A stretch of 55,359 nt of DNA, taken from assembly GCA_902767335.1 (NCBI GenBank), contig CACXHD010000126.1, positions 1 through 55,359 of the forward strand. Direction: 5' to 3'. Of the stretch, positions 1-9,446 are shown one piece after another (within the stretch, counting starts at the first letter, position 1; each line of letters begins with the position of its first letter). This DNA is from an uncultured Lachnospiraceae bacterium (GTDB lineage Bacteria; Bacillota; Clostridia; Lachnospirales; Lachnospiraceae). The position numbers and the translations under genes were made by a program. Below the pieces are notes generated by a model, which was given only the letters and a program-made list of their open reading frames with translations, searched no databases and was not told the DNA's origin.

Positions 1-2
1 CG

Positions 3-218
3 TTTTACAGTTTTGCGAAAGGTTATGTATTTTTTACCGGGGCCAACGGTCTGGAAAACCATGTGCCGAAGGGCATACCGGGAGCCATTCTAAGCGGCGG
101 CCTGATCCTGCCGCTGGATATCGCGGTGGGATTTGTTGTAGCCTGTACCATGTTTGGCTTTTTCAGCCTGTTTCGGAGAGGAAGTATCGGCGGTGTTTGG
201 GAATCTACTGGTAAATAA
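3..218 (+). CDS. Na+/H+ antiporter MnhB-like subunit, C-terminal part (5' end outside window)
   Basis: Frame 3 is open from the window edge to TAA 216-218. It gives a hydrophobic tail (GAILSGGLILPLDIAVGFVVACTMFGFF). Its position directly upstream of an MnhC-like gene fits mrp/mnh operon order. It is absent from the ORF track because there is no in-window start. Confidence 0.4.
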   Translation, partial: FYSFAKGYVFFTGANGLENHVPKGIPGAILSGGLILPLDIAVGFVVACTMFGFFSLFRRGSIGGVWESTGK

Positions 219-573
219 TGAGGAAGCAGTGGCAGTTATACTGTTCGGCATCGGTTTTACGATGCTGCTCTTTCAGCGCAATCTGTTCAAGAAGCTGATC
301 GGTATGAATATCATGGATACCGGAGTTTTTCTTTTCCTTGCCTCCATGGGCTTTATCGAGGGAAGAAAGGCGCCGATCATCGAAGACGGGATTATGGAGA
401 TGGAGCATTATATCAATCCGGTTCCCGCCGGTCTGGTGCTCACCGGTATTGTTGTTTCGGTTTCCGTGACAGCGATCATGCTTTCCCTGACGATTCGTCT
501 GTATAAACGTTATCATACATTGGATCTGGACGAGCTCTATGCGCTCTCCGGTCATTTGGAGGAGGACAGATAA
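193..573 (+). CDS. mnhC: Mrp/Mnh antiporter subunit C (NuoK-like small membrane subunit)
   Basis: Track ORF 154-573. The best start is GTG 193, with GGAGAGGAAG 8 nt upstream. It is a three-TM small protein (LIGMNIMDTGVFLFLASMG). Its TAA stop abuts the GTG of the next gene. Confidence 0.7.
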   Translation: MFGNLLVNNEEAVAVILFGIGFTMLLFQRNLFKKLIGMNIMDTGVFLFLASMGFIEGRKAPIIEDGIMEMEHYINPVPAGLVLTGIVVSVSVTAIMLSLTIRLYKRYHTLDLDELYALSGHLEEDR

Positions 574-2076
574 GTGGACTTCATCCGTAATTTTCCGTTG
601 TTTACCATCGTACTGAGCCTGTTTTCCGGGGTACTGTGTTACATGCTTCCCCCGAAAGCGGCAAGGCGATATACGATGTGTTATGAAAGCCTGCTGATCC
701 TCCTGACCGGCAGCGTGCTCTGGTATACGATCCATACCGGCGTACCCTTCACATATGTGATGGGCGAATTTCCCGCTCCCTGGGGCAATGAGATCCGGGC
801 AGGCGTGCTCGAAGCGCTGATGGCGGTGGTTTTCATGATCATCATGCTCTGCTCGGTTCTGGGCGGGTACCGGTTTGTGGACACCGACATGGATAAGAGC
901 AAGGTGAATCTGTACTATACGCTGCTCAACCTGATGACGGCGGCGCTGATGGCTCTGATCTGGACGAACGACCTGTTTACCGGGTATGTATTTCTGGAAA
1001 TCCTGACGCTGACCAGCTGCGGGGTTCTGATCGTCCGTGAAATCGGGCGGACCACCCTGGCCGCGGTACGCTATATGATCCTGAATCTTCTCGGATCCGG
1101 CCTGTTCCTGCTGGGCGTCGTACTGCTCTATGATCTGACCGGAAATCTGCTGATGGTGCCGATGCACAAAGAGATCGTGTCCCTCGCGGCGGATCCGGCG
1201 GTCCTGCCGGTGCTGACCATCAGCGTCGGGATTCTGACCATCGGTCTTGCCATCAAGAGCGGTCTGTTTCCCTTCCATTTCTGGATGCCGGATACCTACG
1301 GATGGGCGACGCCGACTTCCGCGTCGGTCCTTTCGTCTCTGGTGTCGAAGGCCTATATTTTCCTGCTGATCAAGACGTATTACCGGGTCATCGGACCGGA
1401 GGTGATCGCCGGGCTGCCCATCCGGAATATTCTGCTGGTGCTCGGCGCGGGCGGGATTGTGATCGGTTCCGTGCAGGCCATGCATGCAAACAATATCAAC
1501 CGGATGGTGGCCTTTTCTTCTGCGGCCCAGATCGGTTATATCTATGTCGGGATCGGACTGGGCGGAGAAGCAGGCTATGTGGCGGCCATTTTCCATATCC
1601 TGGCGCACGCGGTGACCAAATCCATGCTGTTCCTGACAACGCCCCGTCTTGCGGAGGTGTCCGGGGACAGTCTGCGATTCCGGAAACTGCAGGGAAGCGC
1701 CCTGCGGAATCGGGACGCCGGATTCTTTTTCCTGATCGGCAGTCTGTCTATGATCGGCATTCCGATTTTTGCCGGTTTTGCTTCGAAGATCCAGTTTGCG
1801 ATGGCAGCCGTGGATTCCGGGAGCTTTCCCAAGCTGACGCTGGTGATGCTGGTGCTGGCGGTCAGCTCGATGCTCAACGCGATTTACTTTATCCGCACCC
1901 TGATCCGTATTTACAGCGATCCCCTGGAAAAGATGAAGAAATCGGATATCCGGCCGCATCACCGGATGGGATATAATATCCCGATGGCTGTTCTGAGCAT
2001 TCTGAACCTGTTTCTCGGGTTGTTCTCCTGGGTTGCGGCAGATCTGATACAGAAAGGGCTGACAATGTTCAGCTGA
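574..2076 (+). CDS. MrpD/NuoN/NuoM-family proton-conducting membrane subunit (paralog 1)
   Basis: 500-aa polytopic protein with family motifs GLFPFHFWMPDTY, SSAAQIGYIY and HAVTKSMLFL. Confidence 0.85.
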   Translation: MDFIRNFPLFTIVLSLFSGVLCYMLPPKAARRYTMCYESLLILLTGSVLWYTIHTGVPFTYVMGEFPAPWGNEIRAGVLEALMAVVFMIIMLCSVLGGYRFVDTDMDKSKVNLYYTLLNLMTAALMALIWTNDLFTGYVFLEILTLTSCGVLIVREIGRTTLAAVRYMILNLLGSGLFLLGVVLLYDLTGNLLMVPMHKEIVSLAADPAVLPVLTISVGILTIGLAIKSGLFPFHFWMPDTYGWATPTSASVLSSLVSKAYIFLLIKTYYRVIGPEVIAGLPIRNILLVLGAGGIVIGSVQAMHANNINRMVAFSSAAQIGYIYVGIGLGGEAGYVAAIFHILAHAVTKSMLFLTTPRLAEVSGDSLRFRKLQGSALRNRDAGFFFLIGSLSMIGIPIFAGFASKIQFAMAAVDSGSFPKLTLVMLVLAVSSMLNAIYFIRTLIRIYSDPLEKMKKSDIRPHHRMGYNIPMAVLSILNLFLGLFSWVAADLIQKGLTMFS

Positions 2077-2092
2077 CGGGGAGGTCGAATTT

Positions 2093-3568
2093 ATGATATC
2101 AATCCTTGCGTTTTTATTTCCGGTTGCTGCCGGCACTGCGGTGAGCGCTGCAGTGAAAGAGGAAACACTGCGCAATCGGCTGTATGCAGCGGTCATGCTG
2201 CTCACGGATGTGCTGGGCGTTCTGGCAATGAAGTCCGGCAAAAGCGTTTCGGCTGTGAACCTCTCCGAACGGGCTTCCCTGACCTTCTGCCCGGACCGGC
2301 TGGGGATCTACGCAATGTCCGCAGTCCTGATTCTGTACACGGCGGTATGCTTTTATGCCTTCGCCTATATGAAAACCGAAGAGCGGGTGAACCTGTTTTT
2401 TGCCTGCTTTTTCATCTCACTGGGAGCGATGATGGCCGTATGCATGTCTTCGAACCTGGTGACGCTGTATTTTGCCTTCGAACTGGCGACGCTCTCCACG
2501 GTACCGATGGTACTCCATGAGATGACGAAGGATGCGGTGACCGCCGGCGTAAAATATCTGTTTTACTCCATCGGCGGAGCGCTGCTCGGCCTTCTTGCCG
2601 TCTTTTTCATTTATGCCTTTTCCACAGGAGACGCTGGTTTTGTCCTGGGCGGCTTCATCGACCGGGGAAAGGTCGCGGCGCATGAGACCGCATTTTTCGC
2701 GGCGGTCCTGGCGGGCATTATCGGTTTCGGCACAAAGGCCGGTATGTATCCGATGCACGGCTGGCTGCCGAGCGCGCATCCCATTGCACCTGCGCCCGCA
2801 TCCTCCCTGCTGTCCGGCATCATTGCGAAAGCCGGTATCGTGGCGGTCATTCGTCTGGTTTACTACTGTGTCGGCGCGGACCTGCTCCGGGGCACCTGGG
2901 TGCAGCGGACATGGATGATCCTTGCGATGCTGACGGTACTGATGGGTTCGACCATGGCCTTCCGTGAGAAGGTGACGAAGAAACGGCTTGCGTATTCCAC
3001 AATCAGCCAGATTTCCTATATCATGCTGGCGCTTTCCTTCCTGACAGACGACGGCCTTCGCGGCGGTCTGATGCAGCTGATGAGCCATATGGCGGCAAAG
3101 GGCTGCCTGTTCCTGGCAGCCGGTGTATTTATCGTTATTCTGGGAAGCCACCGGGTGGAGGAACTGCGGGGCGTCGGCCGGCAGATCCCGGTGACGATGT
3201 GGTGCTTTTTGATTGCATCCCTGTCTCTGATCGGGATTCCGCCGATGGGAGGTTTCGTAAGCAAATGGGTGATTGCCGGCGCTGCGCTGGCCGCCGAAGA
3301 CGGTATCTGGAGTATCCTTCCGCCGGTGGTTCTGCTGATCTCTGCGCTTTTGACGGCGGGGTACCTGCTTCCGGTCGTGATCGACGCGTTCTTCCCTGGG
3401 AAAGATTTTGAAGAGGCCCGGGAGCAGGCGGAAGCAGCGGACGGCGGCGAAGCGGCCCGCACGAAGCGGGAGCCGTATCTGATGACGATTCCGATGATTG
3501 CGCTCTGCCTGACGGCCCTGCTTATGGGTATTTTCGGCGTCAGTATCGTAGGGAGGGTAATACTGTGA
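2093..3568 (+). CDS. MrpD/NuoN/NuoM-family proton-conducting membrane subunit (paralog 2)
   Basis: 491-aa polytopic protein with motifs KAGMYPMHGWLPSAHP, YSTISQISYIM and SHMAAKGCLFL. Confidence 0.85.
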   Translation: MISILAFLFPVAAGTAVSAAVKEETLRNRLYAAVMLLTDVLGVLAMKSGKSVSAVNLSERASLTFCPDRLGIYAMSAVLILYTAVCFYAFAYMKTEERVNLFFACFFISLGAMMAVCMSSNLVTLYFAFELATLSTVPMVLHEMTKDAVTAGVKYLFYSIGGALLGLLAVFFIYAFSTGDAGFVLGGFIDRGKVAAHETAFFAAVLAGIIGFGTKAGMYPMHGWLPSAHPIAPAPASSLLSGIIAKAGIVAVIRLVYYCVGADLLRGTWVQRTWMILAMLTVLMGSTMAFREKVTKKRLAYSTISQISYIMLALSFLTDDGLRGGLMQLMSHMAAKGCLFLAAGVFIVILGSHRVEELRGVGRQIPVTMWCFLIASLSLIGIPPMGGFVSKWVIAGAALAAEDGIWSILPPVVLLISALLTAGYLLPVVIDAFFPGKDFEEAREQAEAADGGEAARTKREPYLMTIPMIALCLTALLMGIFGVSIVGRVIL

Positions 3569-5097
3569 ATCCACTGTTTCTCCTGGCTTTGATTATTACA
3601 CCGCTTCTGGGCGGCTTCTGCATCATCCCGCAGCATTTTGACGATGACCGGAAACGCAGTATATATGCGGAAGCGGTGGTCTGCCTGACATCGGTGCTGA
3701 TCTGGATCGCCATCGCAAAGGTGCAGCGGGGCAGACCGGTGGTCATCTACAGCTTTACAGAGGATTTTTTCATTGAGTTCTGTATGGACGGACCGGCGAT
3801 GCTGTTTGCCGGAATGATCTCCATTCTCTGGCCGCTGGTGATGCCCTATGCGTTTGAATACATGGAGCACGAACGCCGAAAAAACGGTTTTTTCGCCTTT
3901 TATGTGATGACCTACGGCATTACCCTGGGGATTGCATTTGCCGCGAATATGACCACCCTTTACGTTTTCTATGAAATGCTTTCGCTTGTGACGATCCCGC
4001 TGGTCAGCCATTACATGGATCATGAAAGCATGTATGCCGGCAGAAAATATGCCGCCTTTACCATCGGAGGCGCATCGCTTGCCTTTTTCGCGGTGGTGAT
4101 GACAACCCTTTGGGGAAACAGCGGGCGGTTTATTTACGGCGGGAGTGTGAAAGCCGCTCCGGGTTCCGTGATTCTGCAGACGGCGTTTCTTTTCGGCTTT
4201 TTCGGATTTGGCGTCAAGGCAGCGATTTTCCCGCTGCACAGCTGGCTGCCCACGGCCTCGGCCGCTCCGACGCCGGTGACGGCGCTGCTGCACGCGGTTG
4301 CGGTTGTCAATTCCGGTGTGTTTGCCGTTCTCCGGCTGGTATGGTATGTGTTCGGACCGGAACTCCTTACAGGTACAAAAGCGGCGGACATCGCGCTTCT
4401 GACGGCGGAATTCACCCTGGTCTATGCGGCCTTCCTGGCGGTGAAGGAACGGCATTTCAAACGCCGCCTGGCTTACTCCACGGTGAGCAATCTTTCTTAT
4501 ATGCTGACGGGCATCCTGCTCCTGACGCCCTATGGCCTGGAGGCGGGCATGATGCATATGGTTTTCCACAGTGTCATCAAGATGTCGCTGTTTCTGTGCG
4601 CCGGCGCCTTTATGCATATGACCGGCAATGCTTATGTCTATGAGGTGAACGGAGTCGGGCGGCAGATGAAAGTGACCTTCATTTTCTATACCCTGTCCGC
4701 CCTGTCGCTGACGGGTATCCCGTTGCTTTGCGGATTTGTCTCAAAATGGCATCTTGTGCTGGCATGCCTGCGTCGGGCGGATATGATTTCCTATATCGGC
4801 GGAGCGGCACTGATCCTCTCTGCGTTTGCCTGTGCGGTCTATACGCTGAGCGTCAGTATCCGGGCATTCTTCCCGATCACCGGCACAGACTGGTATCAGG
4901 CGGCCCGGCCGGCGAGCGCTTCGACGGAAGGAGCGCCTGCGGCGGCAGCGGCCCGGACTAAAAAAGGGAAGACCGTTACAGATCCGGGGATACGGATGCT
5001 GCTTCCGATTGTGGTTTTCGGCATCATCAATGTGATTTTCGGTGTATTTCCGCATCCGCTGGTGAAACTGCTGGAAGCCATTGCTTCGGGCATGTAG
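3565..5097 (+). CDS. MrpD/NuoN/NuoM-family proton-conducting membrane subunit (paralog 3)
   Basis: 510 aa. The GTG start overlaps the previous stop (GTGA). Motifs are KAAIFPLHSWLPTA, YSTVSNLSYM and FHSVIKMSLFL. It ends with TAG. Confidence 0.85.
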   Translation: MNPLFLLALIITPLLGGFCIIPQHFDDDRKRSIYAEAVVCLTSVLIWIAIAKVQRGRPVVIYSFTEDFFIEFCMDGPAMLFAGMISILWPLVMPYAFEYMEHERRKNGFFAFYVMTYGITLGIAFAANMTTLYVFYEMLSLVTIPLVSHYMDHESMYAGRKYAAFTIGGASLAFFAVVMTTLWGNSGRFIYGGSVKAAPGSVILQTAFLFGFFGFGVKAAIFPLHSWLPTASAAPTPVTALLHAVAVVNSGVFAVLRLVWYVFGPELLTGTKAADIALLTAEFTLVYAAFLAVKERHFKRRLAYSTVSNLSYMLTGILLLTPYGLEAGMMHMVFHSVIKMSLFLCAGAFMHMTGNAYVYEVNGVGRQMKVTFIFYTLSALSLTGIPLLCGFVSKWHLVLACLRRADMISYIGGAALILSAFACAVYTLSVSIRAFFPITGTDWYQAARPASASTEGAPAAAAARTKKGKTVTDPGIRMLLPIVVFGIINVIFGVFPHPLVKLLEAIASGM

Positions 5098-5114
5098 GAA
5101 ACAAGGGGGAAAAA

Positions 5115-7148
5115 ATGCTCTTTCTTTTGATTGTATTCGGACCGTTTGCCGCGGCTCTGATTTCATATCTGATCGGCAGAAAAACAGAGGGGATTCCCTG
5201 GATGGCGTTCCGTATGATTTTTACTGCCGCGGAGTGTCTGCTTGTCCTGGCGCTGTTTCTGACCTGGAGAAGGGATCCGGGGCTGGCCTTCGGGTTCCGG
5301 CAGACGGGCATATTTGCCGGTGAACTGGGATTTACCGCAGACGGGTTCCGAATCGTCTATGCGGCGATCACCGCCTGGATGTGGATGCTGACCACGTTTT
5401 TTTCGGAGGAATATTTTAAAGAGGAACGGGAACACCTGAACCGTTACTGGTTTTTCATCCTGCTTACGCTGGGGGCAACGGAAGGCGTCATGCTCTCCGC
5501 GGACCTGATGACGGCGTTTTTCTTTTTTGAGATTCTGTCCTTTACCTCCTTTACATGGGTGATCCATGAAGAGACAAAGGAGGCGGTGCAGGCGGGGTAT
5601 ACCTATCTGTTTATTGCCGTGATCGGCGGCCTGGTGCTGTTCATGGGGCTGGCACTGGTTTGGTACACCTGCGGAACGCTGCGGTTTGACGAGCTTGCCG
5701 GGGCAGCGCGGAATGTTCAGCAGCCCGGGATCCTCCGGGCAGGCGCGGTCTGCATTCTCTTCGGCTTCGGCGCGAAGGCCGGTATGGTGCCGGTCCATGT
5801 CTGGCTTCCGAAAGCGCATCCCGTGGCGCCGTCGCCGTCTTCGGCCCTGCTGTCCGGTATTCTGACCAAGGTCGGAATCTACGGGATTCTGATGATTTCC
5901 CTGCATGCCATGGCCGAAGATGTCATCTTCGGATGGATCGTCCTTTGCGCCGGTGGAATCACCATGCTTCTCGGAGCGGTGCTGGCGCTGTTTTCTGTCA
6001 ATCTGAAACGGACACTTGCCTGCTCTTCCATGTCGCAGATCGGGTTCATCCTGACGGGAACCGGCATGATGATCCTGCTGGGCCATGCAGGAGAAGAGGA
6101 AGGCGTCCTGCTGGCGTGTTCCGGCCTGATGATGCATATGGTGAATCATTCACTGATCAAGCTGACCCTCTTCATGTGCGCCGGCGAGGTGGTCATGCGG
6201 GCTCATACGCTGCTGCTCGACGAAATCCGGGGCTTTGGAAGATCCCGGACGATCCTGAAGGTATCCTTTGCGCTGGGCGCACTCGGGATCAGCGGCGTGC
6301 CCCTGTTCAACGGATATATCAGCAAAACGATGCTGCATGAGAGCATTGTGGAGGGAATTGGCGCCTGCGCCGGCGTGGGACCGGTTCTGCATGTGGTTGA
6401 GTGGGTCTTCCTTTTCTCGGGCGGTCTGACCTTTGCCTATATGCTGAAACTGTTTCTCTGCATTTTTGTACAGAAAAATAAGGATCCGCGCCGTCAGCAG
6501 AGCTACGACCGGAAAGAGGGTTATCACTATAAAGCCAGTGCATGGCCGATTCCGGTGTCCGCATTGTTCTGCTTTCTCCTCGGGCAGCCGGCTGCGGCAC
6601 TCGGCATTGCCCGTATGATGACCGGAGAGTCCCTGGCATTTCATGCGTTTTCATTTGAAAACCTGAATGGGGGCATGATCTCCCTGACGATCGGCGCCCT
6701 CGTGTATCTGCTTGTGGTCCGCCGGTGGATGGTGTCGGAGGGCTCCTATGTCAACCGCTGGCCCCGGAAGCTGGACCTGGAAACCGCCGTATACAGACCG
6801 CTGGTCACAAAAATCCTTCCCGGAGCGATGGGAGCGGTGCTGCGTCTGTTTGGCGAGAATGTGATTACGGGGGTTCTGGCCAGAGTCGTATTCTTCGTGT
6901 TTACGGTACTCATGCGTGCCGCGGAAATGAGTATGGACGGTCTGATTGTCCTGCTTCGCCGAACGGTGCTGAAAGAAAAGAGAGGAAATACCGGGGACAA
7001 AGAAGGCATGTGGCTCGGCCGGATCATTGCAGCCGAGCTTACCCAGGCCTCCAGACCGCTGGTTTCAAACTTTACATTTGCGCTGATGATGACCTGCATC
7101 GGAATCATTGTGATCCTGTGCGTGCTGGTATATGCATCCGTGCTGTGA
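5115..7148 (+). CDS. MrpA/NuoL-like antiporter subunit with long C-terminal extension
   Basis: 677 aa with motifs KAGMVPVHVWLPKAHP, SSMSQIGFI and NHSLIKLTLFM. It also has a ~200-aa C-terminal extension that ends in a final TM helix, as in NuoL/MrpA. Confidence 0.8.
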   Translation: MLFLLIVFGPFAAALISYLIGRKTEGIPWMAFRMIFTAAECLLVLALFLTWRRDPGLAFGFRQTGIFAGELGFTADGFRIVYAAITAWMWMLTTFFSEEYFKEEREHLNRYWFFILLTLGATEGVMLSADLMTAFFFFEILSFTSFTWVIHEETKEAVQAGYTYLFIAVIGGLVLFMGLALVWYTCGTLRFDELAGAARNVQQPGILRAGAVCILFGFGAKAGMVPVHVWLPKAHPVAPSPSSALLSGILTKVGIYGILMISLHAMAEDVIFGWIVLCAGGITMLLGAVLALFSVNLKRTLACSSMSQIGFILTGTGMMILLGHAGEEEGVLLACSGLMMHMVNHSLIKLTLFMCAGEVVMRAHTLLLDEIRGFGRSRTILKVSFALGALGISGVPLFNGYISKTMLHESIVEGIGACAGVGPVLHVVEWVFLFSGGLTFAYMLKLFLCIFVQKNKDPRRQQSYDRKEGYHYKASAWPIPVSALFCFLLGQPAAALGIARMMTGESLAFHAFSFENLNGGMISLTIGALVYLLVVRRWMVSEGSYVNRWPRKLDLETAVYRPLVTKILPGAMGAVLRLFGENVITGVLARVVFFVFTVLMRAAEMSMDGLIVLLRRTVLKEKRGNTGDKEGMWLGRIIAAELTQASRPLVSNFTFALMMTCIGIIVILCVLVYASVL

Positions 7149-7348
7149 CCGCGGATCCGCATCCCGTTTCCTTCCGGGAAAATTCATGGAATTGTGCCGC
7201 CTTCTTCCTTAAGAAAATGTACATCTTCTTATAGATATGTTTCTGTAGTTTTCCGAAGGGCCTTCTGCTATAGTTAACGCAGATGGTGCATTTTGACAAA
7301 CGTTGCGCAGCGGCGGCTTTGGCCGCTCTTCGGGAGAGGAGGCAGAGA

Positions 7349-9337
7349 ATGTCGGGAAAAAACTGCAGAAAGGGATTGCTGGCAGGCATGATGGTGGTCC
7401 TGCTGGCGGGAAATCTGACGGCGCAGGGAGAAAACCTGTATGAAACCGGGCAGAGCGAAGAAGCGTTTGAGACGGAGGAAACCATCCGGCCCTGTACGGA
7501 TGAATTTCCGGGAGAGTATGTGGAGCAGGAGACGGAGGCAGCTGCGGAGGACCCGGAGACGGAGGCCGGGGAAGACGGATCGGCCTCGGTACGTGTCAGC
7601 GGGATCCGGTATGCAAAAAGCGAAAAAGATCTGTATGATACGCTTCTTAAGGTAGATGTGCCGATTTACCTGGACTATGAGCTTGCCGAGGAGTCTGTCA
7701 TGGATGCGGCGGCACCGGCGTTCGGGGATGCGGGAAACAGCGCCGCAAAGACAGAAGCAATGACGTACGATTCGGCTCCGGAGGCGGAGTATTCGGAGAC
7801 GAATGTTCGTACCGAAGGCGTGGATGAAGCGGATATCATCAAGACGGACGGCCGGTATATCTATATCCTCCGGGGAGGAACCGAGCTGATTACGGTGGAA
7901 GCGAAGGGATCGGAGACCGCGCTTGTGTCGTCCCTGAAGATTGCGCAGGACAGCACCTGGGATTCGCCGGGCGCACAGGAGCTTCTGCTGTCGGAGGGAA
8001 AGGCGTACGTGATCCTTGAAGAATCGGATCTGTCCGGAGACAAGATTGAGAAATACGGATATTACTCGCCGACCAACCGGATGACAAAACTGATTACGGT
8101 GGATATGACGGATCCGTTTGAACCGGTGATCGAAGACGAGTTCAGCCTTTCGGGGAATTACTTGCAGTCCAGAAAAATGGACGGGGTGATCTATCTGTTC
8201 ACACAGTGGAGCCCGTATCTTGGCGGCTCTGCGGAGGACAGCGAGCTGCTTCCGTGGATCGGCGGCCGGAAGGCGGAGGTTTCCTCGGTGATTATTCCGT
8301 CCATCGTGACGCAGACCAGCTATCTGACAGCGGCTTCCGTCCGTACGGATGCGCCGGGGCAGGCGGAGGATTACTGCGCTGTGGTTTCCGGGGCGGATGA
8401 ATTCTATGTCAGCACGGACAGCATTTATGCCGTCAATGTGGACAACTGGTCATCCGTTACGAGTTCGGAGATCACAAAGCTGACCTTCCGGGACGGAGAG
8501 ATCGAAGGAAAAGCGGCCGGAACCGTGCGCGGTACGGTAAACAATTCCTTCTCGCTGGATGAATACAACGGGTATCTGCGCGTCCTCACGACCTACTGGG
8601 GAAGCGCCAGACTCAACCTGCTGAAGGTGCTCGGACAGCTGTTCGGCATCGATTACTATGACGAAGATGAATGGGTGCGGCACAACGCGCTTTTTGTCCT
8701 GGATGAAGACATGAACTACGCCGGCAGCCTGAAGGATTTGGCGAGAAACGAGGAGATCAAGTCCGCGCGGTTTTTCGGGGATACGGTTTATTTTGTGACC
8801 TTCCGCAATACAGATCCGCTGTTTACGGCCGATCTGTCCGATCCGTCTCATCCCAGAGTAATCGGAGAGCTGAAGCTTCCCGGATTTTCCGCTTATCTGC
8901 ATCCCTTCGGAGAGGGAAAACTGCTGGGCCTGGGCTATGACGCGGACGAGCTGACCGGCGTGACGAGCGGACTGAAGCTGTCCCTGTTCGATATTTCCGA
9001 CCCGGCAAATGTGAAGGAAACCGCACGGCGCATTGTGCCCGGCGTGACCTGGTGTCCGGCGGTGGACGAATACAAGGCGATCTTTGCCAACCCCGCGCGG
9101 AACCTGGTCGGCTTCTGGTGTGAAGGCAGGTATATGGTCTTCGCCTGGGACGGCACAGACGGGTTTGAGAGGGTGCTCCTCTATGATTTCTTTGAGGATG
9201 ACTTGCAGGAGAAGAATGATTACAATACCATGCGGGGACTCTATATCGGCGACGTCTTTTATCTGGCGGGAGCCGGCAGTGTGATTGCCTTTGACATGGA
9301 TGCAGATTTTCAGAAAACCGCGGTGGTGGTCTTCTGA
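7349..9337 (+). CDS. secreted beta-propeller domain protein (Beta_propel/PF09826-like)
   Basis: Track ORF 7283-9337. The likely start is ATG 7349, after GGAGAGGAGG. It has a signal-like N-terminus (LLAGMMVVLLAGNL). The motif SETNVRTEGVDEADIIKTDGRYIYIL is typical of this family. Confidence 0.7.
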   Translation: MSGKNCRKGLLAGMMVVLLAGNLTAQGENLYETGQSEEAFETEETIRPCTDEFPGEYVEQETEAAAEDPETEAGEDGSASVRVSGIRYAKSEKDLYDTLLKVDVPIYLDYELAEESVMDAAAPAFGDAGNSAAKTEAMTYDSAPEAEYSETNVRTEGVDEADIIKTDGRYIYILRGGTELITVEAKGSETALVSSLKIAQDSTWDSPGAQELLLSEGKAYVILEESDLSGDKIEKYGYYSPTNRMTKLITVDMTDPFEPVIEDEFSLSGNYLQSRKMDGVIYLFTQWSPYLGGSAEDSELLPWIGGRKAEVSSVIIPSIVTQTSYLTAASVRTDAPGQAEDYCAVVSGADEFYVSTDSIYAVNVDNWSSVTSSEITKLTFRDGEIEGKAAGTVRGTVNNSFSLDEYNGYLRVLTTYWGSARLNLLKVLGQLFGIDYYDEDEWVRHNALFVLDEDMNYAGSLKDLARNEEIKSARFFGDTVYFVTFRNTDPLFTADLSDPSHPRVIGELKLPGFSAYLHPFGEGKLLGLGYDADELTGVTSGLKLSLFDISDPANVKETARRIVPGVTWCPAVDEYKAIFANPARNLVGFWCEGRYMVFAWDGTDGFERVLLYDFFEDDLQEKNDYNTMRGLYIGDVFYLAGAGSVIAFDMDADFQKTAVVVF

Positions 9338-9446
9338 CCCGCATCACACCGTTTCCGCCAGGCCTTTGGCAGACAGAGACGCAGGCGGGGAGAACGGGAG
9401 ACGGAACATAGTCTCTGTGTAAATCAGAAAAAGAGAGGGAGAAAAC

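Noticed and set aside
205-2241. Very long antisense ORFs opposite recognisable genes: 205-2241, 3016-4617, 14651-16132, 16271-17860, 28514-30277, 48701-49777, 49907-51025 and 52236-53762 on the minus strand, plus 23423-24652 and 35656-36621 on the plus strand.
   Set aside because: Each lies opposite a gene with clear family motifs. Their translations are Arg/His/Gln/Pro-rich low-complexity strings with no motifs. Such shadow ORFs are expected in GC-rich DNA with few antisense stop codons.
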